From Candidatus Bathyarchaeia archaeon (GTDB taxonomy: Archaea; Thermoproteota; Bathyarchaeia; Bathyarchaeales; Bathycorpusculaceae), in NCBI GenBank assembly GCA_050010755.1, contig JBEKKK010000003.1, positions 64,001 to 128,000 on the forward strand: a stretch of 64,000 nucleotides of DNA. The letters are read 5' to 3'. This document shows positions 29,977 to 39,915 of the stretch, piece by piece (the first letter of the stretch is position 1; the number at the start of each line of letters is the position of its first letter). A program made the position numbers and the translations under genes. Under the pieces are notes generated by a model. It worked only from the letters and a program-made list of their open reading frames with translations. It did not search any database and was not told the DNA's origin.

Positions 29977-31224
29977 CTAGTTTTTCGGTCGCTGAGTCAG
30001 CTTGTTGTCCACTTTCGATCGCAAGACTTTGCGTGTCCCGAGTTTTTTTCTGAAGGTGAGTGCAGCAATCATTGTGGCAATCATGAAAACAAGAATCAAG
30101 GATAGTGCTGGAAACTCTGGCACGGTCGCATTTTGAATTTCGATACTTACGACAAAATGAACCCAGTACTTGCCCTGCGTGAGTAGCCCTTCAGGTCCTA
30201 CAATGGCAAGTTGGAGGGGAGCCATATCTGAGGTAAGATTTGCATCGTTGTAGTAGTACGCGATAATCGGCGTGAGAGGCTGCGTTTGATTTACTAGTTG
30301 CCCAGTAGAATTGTCGAATGTCGTCCAATTGCCACTCAGCTGTAAATAGTTAAGTCTTATGGTGTAGTTGTCTGAGGCGGTGATAAGGAGACTAGTTTCG
30401 TTGTTCAATCCGCCCACAAGATTGCACAGGGTTGTTACCAAGATTCCTGTGTAATTGCCAGCATCTTGGGGGATGCCTAACGAATTTAGTATCCCTCCGT
30501 AGGCTCTGATAGCTGGCAGATTGCTCAGCCTCGTTTCGTTGATGGTTAATGGCGTGCCGTTTAGAGCCACTAGCGTCAAGTTCAAAGGCGGCAGGTTCGG
30601 GTGCACTTCAAGGCTCGTAACGTTCGTCACCCAGAGCTTTCCGTCTGTTAACAAGCCTTCAGGTCCAACGATTGCCAGTTCAAGTGGTCCAGCCGCTGAG
30701 GATAGGTTCTGGTCGTTGTAATAGTACGCGAGGATAGGCGTCAAAGTTTGGTTAGCTTGCACTTGGTTGCCTGTCACATTGTCATAGGTGTTTAGTCCTG
30801 TCCCGTTCAATGCGTCGTAGCTTAGGGTTTGCAAATAATCCGGTGCTGATATGGTAACGCTGTAACCGTTGCCTATCGTGTTAGGGTCATCGTTTACCAT
30901 GTTAAGGAACGTCGTAAGTGGCACACCGGTGTAAGTGCCATTGCTCTCTATAGTACCGCCCCCTGTCCTTAGCCCACCGTAACCCTCGTAGGACGCCAGG
31001 CTGCCAATTTCGTTCTCATGGAGCACGATTTGGGTGCCGTTAAGAGCCTCAACCGTCAAGGTAATTGGAGGAAGACTGCTCGCAGCATACACGTGCGGCT
31101 GCCAAGCAACTGCTCCAATTATGATTATTGAAATTGCAAGAACCATTGCGAACAGACATTTTCCGAAGGATCGGTTTCGGCTCGAAATAATCATGCTCAA
31201 GTTTAGACTTCTCCCTTCTACCAC
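29977..31224 (-). CDS. Surface protein with two molybdopterin-oxidoreductase-like (sulfite oxidase fold) domains and PEFP sorting signal
   Basis: Twice YTG..L...A.D.Y...PI.AYYYND..PL.LAIVGP...WV..V.S.E; C-terminal VPEFP, TM, basic tail. Confidence 0.7.
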   Translation of the reverse strand: MVEGRSLNLSMIISSRNRSFGKCLFAMVLAISIIIIGAVAWQPHVYAASSLPPITLTVEALNGTQIVLHENEIGSLASYEGYGGLRTGGGTIESNGTYTGVPLTTFLNMVNDDPNTIGNGYSVTISAPDYLQTLSYDALNGTGLNTYDNVTGNQVQANQTLTPILAYYYNDQNLSSAAGPLELAIVGPEGLLTDGKLWVTNVTSLEVHPNLPPLNLTLVALNGTPLTINETRLSNLPAIRAYGGILNSLGIPQDAGNYTGILVTTLCNLVGGLNNETSLLITASDNYTIRLNYLQLSGNWTTFDNSTGQLVNQTQPLTPIIAYYYNDANLTSDMAPLQLAIVGPEGLLTQGKYWVHFVVSIEIQNATVPEFPALSLILVFMIATMIAALTFRKKLGTRKVLRSKVDNKLTQRPKN

Positions 31225-31255
31225 TCACTGAATTTGTTCGTTAAGTCTCTGGACG

Positions 31256-31278
31256 ATATAAAAACATTCCGAGCTCGC
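31256..31278 (-). promoter_or_regulatory. Promoter block shared with tupA
   Basis: ATATAAAAACATTCCGAGCTCGC versus ATATAAAAACATTTCGAGCACGC. Confidence 0.65.
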
Positions 31279-31351
31279 TCGAAAATCGCCAAAAGAATTA
31301 ACATCTGATGTTAGAACCACTGATGGGATCAGGTTTAAAATGAGCCTCCTT

Positions 31352-31585
31352 CTAGGAGGCTGTTTTTCTCTCTTCATTCAGTTCGTGCAGTATTACCAGG
31401 GCTTCACCTAATGAGATCTTCAACCTGGCGGCCAAATCCGCAGGCGTTGTCTCAGGCTTTTCGGAGAGAATAACTAATCTCGTGTAGCCTTTGTGGCTCG
31501 GATACATCACCAGCGAGTGGACCGCCTCGATTAATATCGGCCACAATTCGTTCTTCGAATAATCCTCCAAGTTCATACGCACCAC
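31352..31585 (-). CDS. Small hypothetical protein, possible HTH
   Basis: TPADLAARLKISLGEALVIL. Confidence 0.6.
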   Translation of the reverse strand: MVRMNLEDYSKNELWPILIEAVHSLVMYPSHKGYTRLVILSEKPETTPADLAARLKISLGEALVILHELNEERKTAS

Positions 31586-31850
31586 GTCGAAAAGAACTTA
31601 CTTGCAAACAAGAATATTCAGTTTGTTCTTTAAGCTTGCACTACGACGTGACGATCATGGAGGAAAGAACCGCGAACCAAACCGCTTTTCGGTTCTTAAT
31701 TTAAGGAGCAAAGATTTCAATCAGTGGTTCAAAAATAGGAAAACGAGAAAGAATTCAAGCTGTGCTGTAATACGCAATAGAAACGCGTTCCACAAACGTT
31801 AATTCCTCAAATTGCCTATTCTTTCCTCCTGAAAGGAGAGAGGAGTCGGT

Positions 31851-33798
31851 TTGTCTAGGAAGACTGTTTCTATAATGATTCTGTTTTTGTTGGTGATTAG
31901 CACACTCACATTGGCTTTTAAGATTCAATCAGTCAAGGCAGACAGCGGAACCGGTACCATCAACAGCGCGCCCGAAACATTTTATTTCCATTCGACACAT
32001 GCGTCCACTCCAGCTAATCCAATTGATTCTTGGGTTATGGATTTCAGTCCGCCAGCCGGAACATTGTATTCGTATACAACTGGTCCAGGCACTGGCGGAG
32101 CAGACGTAGTGTTTTCTTTTGGCCCCGTGGCTCCGCTTTTGACGATAGATTCAGGCAATTGGTCTTGCTACGTATACGTTTCAAACACCACAACTAGTTC
32201 TATGATTTTGGATATAGGCGAAAGTACTGGTCAATTCGGTGAATTGTTTACAAGTCTCTGGACAGCCATTTTTTGGGCACCAAAAGCGGGCTGGAACACC
32301 ATAACTTGGTCTGACTCTTCTTCACGAGTGGTTCATCCTGGGAATTACTTGGCAATTGATACTCGTCTAGCTAGTAATGGGTCAGTAACCTTCCCGCCCC
32401 CGCCCCCTGGGTCAATAACATTGCTTTGGGATACTGATACTTACGATAGTCGTCTTGTTAGTCCGCCCGCGCAATCCGGTTCAACGTCTGTCATATGTTC
32501 ACCAAACTCTGTTTCCCCCGGTTCGTCAGTCACCTGCACTGCTACCGTGTTAGGGTCTAACCCAACGGGAACGGTTACTTGGAGCACAAACAGCAGTACT
32601 GGCTCCTTCTATTCTTCCATTTCCACTTTGTCCAGTGGAAGCTGTTCGACCAATTACGCTGACACCAGCGCCGGCAACGTAACGATAACGGCGAGCTACA
32701 GTGGAGATCCAGATAATACCCCTAGCAGCGGCACGTGCGTGCTCCAAGTTATACAACATTACAATGTTACTTTTGGTCAGACAGGTGTTGGTTTGGACTT
32801 CACTGGCCCAGTGTTGACGGTAGATGGAACGAACTACACTGCGAACGATCTTCCAACGTCGTTCTCATGGGACAACGGCTCAACCCACACCTTCACCTTC
32901 CAGTCACCCCTAATCGCCGAGGCGAACGCTGAACAGTATGTTTGGGCAGGCACAAGCGGTTTGTCGGCTACGCAAAGCGGCTCCATAAACGTGACAACAG
33001 ACGGAAGCATTGTGGGAAGCTACGAGACTCAGTACAACGTAACGTTTGATAGTACAGGTGTTGGTTCTGACTTCACCGGGCCAATTGTAGTCATAGACGG
33101 ATCTAACTATAACGTCAGCGCCCTTCCAACTTCATTCTGGTATGACAGCGGCTCAACCCACAGCTTCGCATACCAGTCGCCACTAGTTGGCTCGTTAGCG
33201 TACTACGAGTGGAACTCTACAACAGGCCTGTCAACGCTGCAATCGGGTTCAATCACCATCACAGGCGCAGGAAACGTGACAGGCAACTACTTGATGCACG
33301 AACGAAATCACAGTTACGAACGTAACAGCCATCACTACGTGGGTCTACCAAGGATGGACACCCACGATCAACGTCACAGTCGAGAACGTCGGGGATTTCA
33401 ACGAATCCGCCGTGTCAGTCACCCTGTACTACGACGTAACAGCCGGCAAGAGCGTAAACACATACCCATTAACCTTGGGCCTCGGACAAAGCCTGACGCT
33501 AACATTCACATGGAACACTAATGGCGTACCCTGCCAAAACTACACACTGGCAGCAGTCGCAACAATACCCACAGGCTCGAACACACTCTCAGACGGAAAC
33601 ATATTTATCAGACTTCTGGGCGACGTAAATGGCGACGGAAGAGTCGACCTGAAAGATCTGGCGTTGGTGGCTCGCGCTTTGGGCTCCACTCCTGGCAGGC
33701 CAAACTGGAACCCAGCATGCGACTTTTACGGTGACGGCACAGTCAGCATGAAAGACTTGGCACTCGTAGCCAGAAACTTCGGACAACACTACCCCTAA
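31851..33798 (+). pseudogene. Cell-surface Ig-like/CARDB/dockerin protein interrupted by a 4-bp duplication
   Basis: ACGAACGA at 33298-33305; removing 4 bp joins ORFs 31851-33521 and 33412-33798 through HEITVTNVT...INVTVEN.G into a CARDB-like domain and GDVNGDGRVDLKD dockerin. Confidence 0.8.
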
Positions 33799-33870
33799 CC
33801 ACTTTTCCTAATTAACAGAAATCTTAAATCTGCACGCCAATAGAATAGGCTAAACAGGGTAAGTGTAAGA

Positions 33871-34110
33871 ATGAATAAGAAAACCTTACCATTAATTGGA
33901 TATGCGTTACTAATAATAGGAATTGTAATGCTTGTTCTAGGTTATTTTGAAACAGTATATGTTTTTGCTAGTGGTCTTGTGCTGTTTGTGATTGGTATAC
34001 TTTTGCTTCTTATTCCTCATGCTCTCAAGAATAGAGCTGACAACATTAGACGTGATGAGGACAAATTGGAACAAAAAGAAAAGCCTAACCATGCCGTACA
34101 AAGGCTCTAG
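33871..34110 (+). CDS. Small two-TM membrane protein (AT-rich, cassette-like)
   Basis: Two hydrophobic helices; flanks shared with the 53097-53684 gene. Confidence 0.7.
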   Translation: MNKKTLPLIGYALLIIGIVMLVLGYFETVYVFASGLVLFVIGILLLLIPHALKNRADNIRRDEDKLEQKEKPNHAVQRL

Positions 34111-34378
34111 TTAAGCTGAAAGAGGGTTCATCGCTCCATCAGTCATTGATGAGTCACTTTTCTTTGTTCTCTTACCATCCAAATCACCAAGTGTCTAAGT
34201 CTGTTCACGATTCTTTTACCGTCTGTTGATACTAAATAATGACAATCTGACCCGAATTAGCGCACGTAACGAATGTTGGAAAATGACGTTTCACCCTTGG
34301 AGTGCGACTCACCGCAAAGTATATCTCGGCAGCAAAGTGAATACAGCCTCCAAATCCATCGGACTTGAGTGAAACTCT

Positions 34379-35101
34379 ATGACCATAAAGGCCGTAATTT
34401 TCGATTTGGACGGAACTATTGCAGCCTTTAACCTCGATTACATGACAGTAAGGTCCGAAGTGAGAGGTTTGCTCCTAAGAGCTGGTGTACCGGCATCGGT
34501 TCTGTTCGTGAACGAAAGCATTTTTGACATGTTGAACAAAACTGAGATTTTCATGAGGAACACGGGTAAATCGGCGAGAGCCCTGAATAAGGTGCGCAGC
34601 GAAGCATTGGCGATAGCTGAGAGACACGAGTTGGAAGCAGCAAAGGTGACGAGCTTACTTCCAAACGTGGTTGAAACACTGAAAACTCTCAGAGAAATGC
34701 ACTTGAAAATCGGCCTCTGCACCGTCAACAGTGAAAAATCCGCAAACTTCATCCTGAAACGGTTCGGAATCGCCGATTTCTTTGACGCCGTAGTCCCACG
34801 CAACAAGGTTAAGCATGTCAAACCCAGCGGCGAACATCTACAGGCAGTTCTGAAAGCTTTGAAAGTGACTCCAAAAGAAGCGTTACTTGTGGGGGATGCA
34901 ACCCGCGACGTGGAATGCGCCAGAGAGTTGAAAGTGATGGCCGTCGGCCTGCCAACCGGAGTTTCAACCCAAAAACAACTGATGGATGCTGGAGCAAACT
35001 ATCTCATAACTTCAATCGCTGACCTGCCGAAGCTGGTCGAAACCATCAAACTATTGCCGAGACGAAAACTGAGAGAACACGCAGACTTACTATCAGGTTA
35101 A
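34379..35101 (+). CDS. HAD-superfamily hydrolase (phosphoglycolate phosphatase-like)
   Basis: IFDLDGT, KP, VGD. Confidence 0.9.
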   Translation: MTIKAVIFDLDGTIAAFNLDYMTVRSEVRGLLLRAGVPASVLFVNESIFDMLNKTEIFMRNTGKSARALNKVRSEALAIAERHELEAAKVTSLLPNVVETLKTLREMHLKIGLCTVNSEKSANFILKRFGIADFFDAVVPRNKVKHVKPSGEHLQAVLKALKVTPKEALLVGDATRDVECARELKVMAVGLPTGVSTQKQLMDAGANYLITSIADLPKLVETIKLLPRRKLREHADLLSG

Positions 35102-35272
35102 GCGGGTTTGAAGCAAAGCCAGTGTCACCAAACGGTAACGATAATTGTCTCCCGCACAATCGCCTTTTTTTCTCTTTTGCTTTCTCATAGTCACGATTTC
35201 AATTGAACAGTCTTCCACAAGTCATAAGAACTGATTCAATTACTCGTAAACTATGCATAGAAGTGAAAATGG

Positions 35273-37378
35273 ATGAACAGAGTTGTTTTTGCTTCGCTCA
35301 TAATTCTGTGTTTGCTTTCCATATCCTCAATAACGGGGCTGGTACATTTAGCAAAGGCTGACGTTGGAACCATTTACATTTACGCTGACGGGAGCATAGG
35401 CCCGTCAACTGCTCCTATTTATTCGGCAGATAAAGTCACGTACACCTTAACGGGCAACATCAACGTCACCAGCGATACGGACGGAATTGACATCGAAAGA
35501 AGCAACATTGTTTTGGACGGGGCAGGTTACACCGTGAACGGAAGCGGATTGGCAGGAGGAATAAGGCTCACGGGCACGAACAACGTGACAGTAAGAAACA
35601 TGACGATAACAAACTTTGACATTGGAATCTCGCTTGACTCCGCTCCAGGCTTTGCCACAGTCTCAACAGGCAATTCTTCTGATAACAATGTTTTGTCTGG
35701 CAACAACATCACAAACAACGGACTGGGCATTGGGCTCGGTTCTGCTGATGATAACACTTTATCTGGCAACAACATCACGGCAAACTGGATCGTCGGCATC
35801 GAGCTCTTACAATCTGATAACAACACCTTGTCTGGCAACGTGATGGGTAACGAGCACAACCTTTGGGTCTCTGGCACTGTTCTTAGCGACTTTCTACAGT
35901 CTATTGACACTTCAAACCTCGTGAACGGCAAGCCAGTTTACTACTTCGTGAACCAGTCGAACATTATTGTAAACCCTGAGGCGTATCCAGAGGTCGGATA
36001 CTTGGGATTCGCCAACTGTGTCAACGTGACCGTGCAAGGAATGAACCTGACAAACAACGGTCAGGGACTCTTGCTCGCCTACACAAACGGCTCAGAAATC
36101 ACCGGCAACGACGCCACAAACAACTTTGAGAATGGCATCGACCTCGAATATTCTTCTAACAACACTTTGTCTGGCAACAATGTCACGGCAAACACCTTTG
36201 ATGGCATTGACGTCGAATATTCTTCTGGTAACGTTTTGTCTGGCAACAACGTTACAGCAAACAACTTTGGTGGTGGCATTTATCTCTACTCTTCTTCTAA
36301 AAGCACTTTGTCTGGCAACAACGTCACAAACAACTTTGATGGCATTGGGCTCGACTCTTCTTCTGATAACACTCTGTCCGGCAACAACGTCACGGCAAAC
36401 ACCTTTGAGGGCATTTATCTCCAATCTTCTTCTGAGAACACTTTGTCTGGCGACAACGTCACGGCAAACATCGAGTTTGGCATTTATCTTCAGTCTTCTC
36501 CTGGCAACACTTTATCGGGCAACGTGATGGTAGATAATAAATACAACTTTTACGTTGAGGGTTCTGCTTCTTTGGGTGACTGGTTCGAGTCGGTTGACAC
36601 TTCAAACCTCGTGGACGGTAAGCCAGTCTACTACTTCATGAACCAGTCGAACATTGCGGTAAACCCTGATGCGTATCCAGAGGTCGGGTACTTGGGCTTT
36701 GTCAACTGTGCCAACGTGACGGTGCAAGGAATGAACCTGACAAACAGCGGTCAGGGGGTTCAACTTGCGTTCACAAACGACTCAACAGTCACTAACAACA
36801 ACATTGCAAACAACTGGTACGGCATCTGGCTCTTTTCTTCTTCCAATAATAGCGTAAGCGGAAACAACATAACAGCAAGTGGAAACGTGGATATCTATCT
36901 GCAATATTATTCTTCTAACAACAGCATAAGCGGAAACAACATAACAGGCACGAAGGAGGGCATCGAACTCGATGACCTCTGCAACTATAATAGTGTTTTA
37001 GGCAACAACATAACCAACCATCAATTAGGCCTTGACATCTGGCTATCTTCAAACAACAATATCTATCAAAACGACCTTGTCAATAACAGCGGACAAGTCA
37101 TTTCTTACAACTCAACTAACGTTTGGGATAATGGGAGCGCGGGTAACTACTGGAGCGACTATCTCCCAAAGTATCCAAATGCCACTGAAACAGACGGCGT
37201 CTGGAACACGCCTTATGTAATCGACTCGAACAACACTGACTACTATCCGCTTACGGTTCCATATGCAACAGTTCCAGAGTTTCCGACGATTCAAGCCACG
37301 ATGCTTTTCATGCTGGCAACACTGCTGGCAGTAATAATCTACAAAAAGAAAGGCGTGAAAGCAAGAGCCCGTTCTTGA
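35273..37378 (+). CDS. Secreted right-handed beta-helix (NosD-like) surface protein with PEFP sorting signal
   Basis: Repeated S.NTLSGNNVT.N..GI; GNYWSDY; VPEFP, TM, KKK. Confidence 0.88.
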   Translation: MNRVVFASLIILCLLSISSITGLVHLAKADVGTIYIYADGSIGPSTAPIYSADKVTYTLTGNINVTSDTDGIDIERSNIVLDGAGYTVNGSGLAGGIRLTGTNNVTVRNMTITNFDIGISLDSAPGFATVSTGNSSDNNVLSGNNITNNGLGIGLGSADDNTLSGNNITANWIVGIELLQSDNNTLSGNVMGNEHNLWVSGTVLSDFLQSIDTSNLVNGKPVYYFVNQSNIIVNPEAYPEVGYLGFANCVNVTVQGMNLTNNGQGLLLAYTNGSEITGNDATNNFENGIDLEYSSNNTLSGNNVTANTFDGIDVEYSSGNVLSGNNVTANNFGGGIYLYSSSKSTLSGNNVTNNFDGIGLDSSSDNTLSGNNVTANTFEGIYLQSSSENTLSGDNVTANIEFGIYLQSSPGNTLSGNVMVDNKYNFYVEGSASLGDWFESVDTSNLVDGKPVYYFMNQSNIAVNPDAYPEVGYLGFVNCANVTVQGMNLTNSGQGVQLAFTNDSTVTNNNIANNWYGIWLFSSSNNSVSGNNITASGNVDIYLQYYSSNNSISGNNITGTKEGIELDDLCNYNSVLGNNITNHQLGLDIWLSSNNNIYQNDLVNNSGQVISYNSTNVWDNGSAGNYWSDYLPKYPNATETDGVWNTPYVIDSNNTDYYPLTVPYATVPEFPTIQATMLFMLATLLAVIIYKKKGVKARARS
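35904..36756 (+). repeat. Intragenic duplication (35904-36066 matches 36594-36756) plus 66-72-bp beta-helix repeats
   Basis: Near-identical DTSNLV.GKPVYYF.NQSNI.VNP.AYPEVGYLGF blocks 690 bp apart. Confidence 0.85.
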
Positions 37379-37485
37379 CCGCGAGTAGCGCACGCTAGCA
37401 GGCTTTGAATATGTATACACAACCACAGAAAACATTATGTTGTCCTGAAAGAGGAAATAGAAAAATGCCAAGGTTTAAAGAAAAT

Positions 37486-37893
37486 TCACACGGGCTTGAA
37501 GCAGTATCTGGGCCACTGTGGCCATGGTTGGGCCGCGGCGCATGTTCCGAAATCCATCTTCAGTTCGACTCCTATCTTGATACTTTCTGGAGCCATGCCC
37601 TTGATTATTCCAGGGAGCCTCAACCCGTTTGCGAGTTGAACTATGCCCACAGGGTACGGGGCCATCGACTGGAACTGCGCCGGGGCAATGTGAATGATTG
37701 TGTAAGTTACTAGTTTTCCCGTGCAGGGGATTTCAGTCCATTCAAAGTCTTTTGAATAACAGTTGTCGCACAGGGGCCTTGGTGGAAGATGCACTTTTCC
37801 GCACTTCGTGCACTTGCCTGCTAACAGTTTTCCTTGGTTGATGTGTTTATAGAACTCTTCAATCGTGAAGCGTGCCTGTTCAGTCATTCTCAT
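37486..37893 (-). CDS. DUF35 Zn-ribbon/OB-fold acyl-CoA-binding protein
   Basis: KCTKCG...PPR..C..C; overlaps the thiolase stop. Confidence 0.9.
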   Translation of the reverse strand: MRMTEQARFTIEEFYKHINQGKLLAGKCTKCGKVHLPPRPLCDNCYSKDFEWTEIPCTGKLVTYTIIHIAPAQFQSMAPYPVGIVQLANGLRLPGIIKGMAPESIKIGVELKMDFGTCAAAQPWPQWPRYCFKPV

Positions 37894-39062
37894 CCTCTCC
37901 TGTAAACGTGAACTGTTGCTGTCGCCCCTGAGCCTCCCACGTTATGAGTCAAACCAATCGTTGCGTCTTTGACCTGCCTCTTCTCCGCTTGCCCAGTCAA
38001 CTGCAAGTAGATCTCATAAGCTTGGGCCGTGCCCGTAGCGCCCACGGGGTGACCTTTCGCTTTCAACCCTCCACTGGTGTTGACTGGTAATCTTCCTCCC
38101 AGCTTTGTTTCTACGTTCTCAACCAATGTCTTTCCTTGACCCGGTTTGCAGAAGCCGAGGTCCTCATAGGCGATGAGTTCGGCTATCGTGAAGCAATCGT
38201 GCACTTCAGCAACGTCAAGCTCTCCTGGAGTAATTTGCGCCATTTCATAGGCTTTTCCCGCAGCCACCTTGGCGGCTTCAATCGATGTGAGACTTTTTCT
38301 TTCATAAAGTCCTATAGTGTCACTCGCTTGGCCGCTTCCCACGATATCGACCCATGTGTCAGTGAATTTTCTTGCCAGTTCCGGCTTTGTCAAAATAAGG
38401 CAACTGGCTCCGTCAGTGATGAGGGAACAGTCGTACAGTTTCAGAGGCCATGCTACCGGCCGTGAGGATAGTGCAGTCTCGAGCGTTATTTCCTTCTGCA
38501 TGTGAGCTTTCGGGTTGAGGCTTCCGTGATAATGATTTTTCACGGCTATCATGGCAAGATGACGCTCCGTCGTACCGTACTCGTGCATGTGTGCAGTAGC
38601 CATCAGCGCATACAAACCGGGAAAAGTCATGCCGTTCCATTGCTCGAACGGAAAGTCCGAGGCCATTGCAAGATACTCTGTAACCTCGGCTGTGGGCAGA
38701 TGGGTCATTTTCTCAACACCCCCAACCATCACAACATCGCTGAGACCCGAACGCACCGCACAAATTGCGGTCCTCAAGGCTACGCCCGAAGAGGCGCAAG
38801 CTGCTTCAGTTCTCGTTGCCGGAACGTGCCCCAACCCTATCCAGTCCGCCATTGTGGCCCCAGTGTGCCCCTGATGCTCATATGATTCCCCCATGTGGCC
38901 CACGAAGAGGGCTTCGATGTCCTTTTTTGGATCTAGTTTGGGGCATCGGTCAAAAGCTTCCTTTGCCGCTTCAGCAAATATCTCTCTTGCATACAGTCCT
39001 TCAAGCTTCCCGAACTTTGAAAGACCCACAGAGACTATCGAAACCAGTGGTTGTCCCTTCAA
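37890..39062 (-). CDS. Archaeal acetyl-CoA acetyltransferase (thiolase)
   Basis: EAACASSG catalytic Cys, GGVEKM, EVHDCF, KGHPVGATG. Confidence 0.92.
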   Translation of the reverse strand: MKGQPLVSIVSVGLSKFGKLEGLYAREIFAEAAKEAFDRCPKLDPKKDIEALFVGHMGESYEHQGHTGATMADWIGLGHVPATRTEAACASSGVALRTAICAVRSGLSDVVMVGGVEKMTHLPTAEVTEYLAMASDFPFEQWNGMTFPGLYALMATAHMHEYGTTERHLAMIAVKNHYHGSLNPKAHMQKEITLETALSSRPVAWPLKLYDCSLITDGASCLILTKPELARKFTDTWVDIVGSGQASDTIGLYERKSLTSIEAAKVAAGKAYEMAQITPGELDVAEVHDCFTIAELIAYEDLGFCKPGQGKTLVENVETKLGGRLPVNTSGGLKAKGHPVGATGTAQAYEIYLQLTGQAEKRQVKDATIGLTHNVGGSGATATVHVYRRG

Positions 39063-39222
39063 GAGTCATCCCCCATGTATTGGCAGCATTAAGCTGGAAA
39101 TCTGAGTAAAAGCTGAAACGTATATTTAAGCTTCTGCCGTCACCTTTCGCCTTTTGTTTTTTGGAAAAAGAATGTGAAGAATGCAACAAATATAGATCAG
39201 AAGATGGAAAATTGGTTGTTGA

Positions 39223-39912
39223 TTACTTCTTTTCTCCGAAGTTCTTTTTGACCCATACTCGTGTTTTGTCCATGTCTTCTCTGAAGCGTTTCAGTTCTTC
39301 TGGCGTTCTCTTGGGGGCTACTGGTTCTTCCGCTGGCGTGGCGAACACGTCTAGAAGGTCTCCTTTGGGTTGTTTGGATATGTTTATGTTGACTTTTAGG
39401 CCGATGTTGACTTTTTCAGGGTCTATTTCTCGCATGGTCATCGGCAAACAGGTGTTCGTGCCGTCGACTCTTACCATCGCTCCTACGAGTGGTTGCAGGT
39501 GTGCCATTGAGGGCCATGCAATCGTCATGATAGTGTAGGAGTGAACTTCTCCCTTCTTCGGAAGCTCGATCCATTTCGTCTCTTCAAGTCTACATTTGGG
39601 GTTGAAGCAATGAGCCCTTGGAGGGCAGTACACGAGCCCGCATTTTGGACACTTCGTTCCGTAGAGCTTTCCATCCAAGATTCCCATGAAGAACTGCGAT
39701 ACTTTGCCGTAGCTGTGGTGAAACAGGCTTCCATGCGGTCTGTGGACGATTAGAAACTTGTCAGGTTTCAGGCTGTTCAGCGTCGGTCCATCGTTCATCT
39801 CGATTATCTTCCAGCCTTCAGGTGTCCAGCCGCCCCTGCGTTCCCAGTCTGCCCAGTTCTTTTCGTCGATTTTCTTTTCTTTCAGAATCTTTTCGGGTCC
39901 AGGTTGCTTCAT
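39223..39912 (-). CDS. DUF35 Zn-ribbon/OB-fold protein (extended)
   Basis: GTKCPKCG..YCPPRAHC...C. Confidence 0.88.
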   Translation of the reverse strand: MKQPGPEKILKEKKIDEKNWADWERRGGWTPEGWKIIEMNDGPTLNSLKPDKFLIVHRPHGSLFHHSYGKVSQFFMGILDGKLYGTKCPKCGLVYCPPRAHCFNPKCRLEETKWIELPKKGEVHSYTIMTIAWPSMAHLQPLVGAMVRVDGTNTCLPMTMREIDPEKVNIGLKVNINISKQPKGDLLDVFATPAEEPVAPKRTPEELKRFREDMDKTRVWVKKNFGEKK

Positions 39913-39915
39913 CTC

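Noticed and set aside
33306-33521. Arg/His-rich C-terminus of ORF 31851-33521
   Set aside because: Out-of-frame read-through after the 4-bp duplication
35680-36530. Near-identical 66-72-bp repeats as a possible DGR or contingency locus
   Set aside because: In-frame beta-helix coding repeats; no reverse transcriptase in the window and no evident adenine-specific variation
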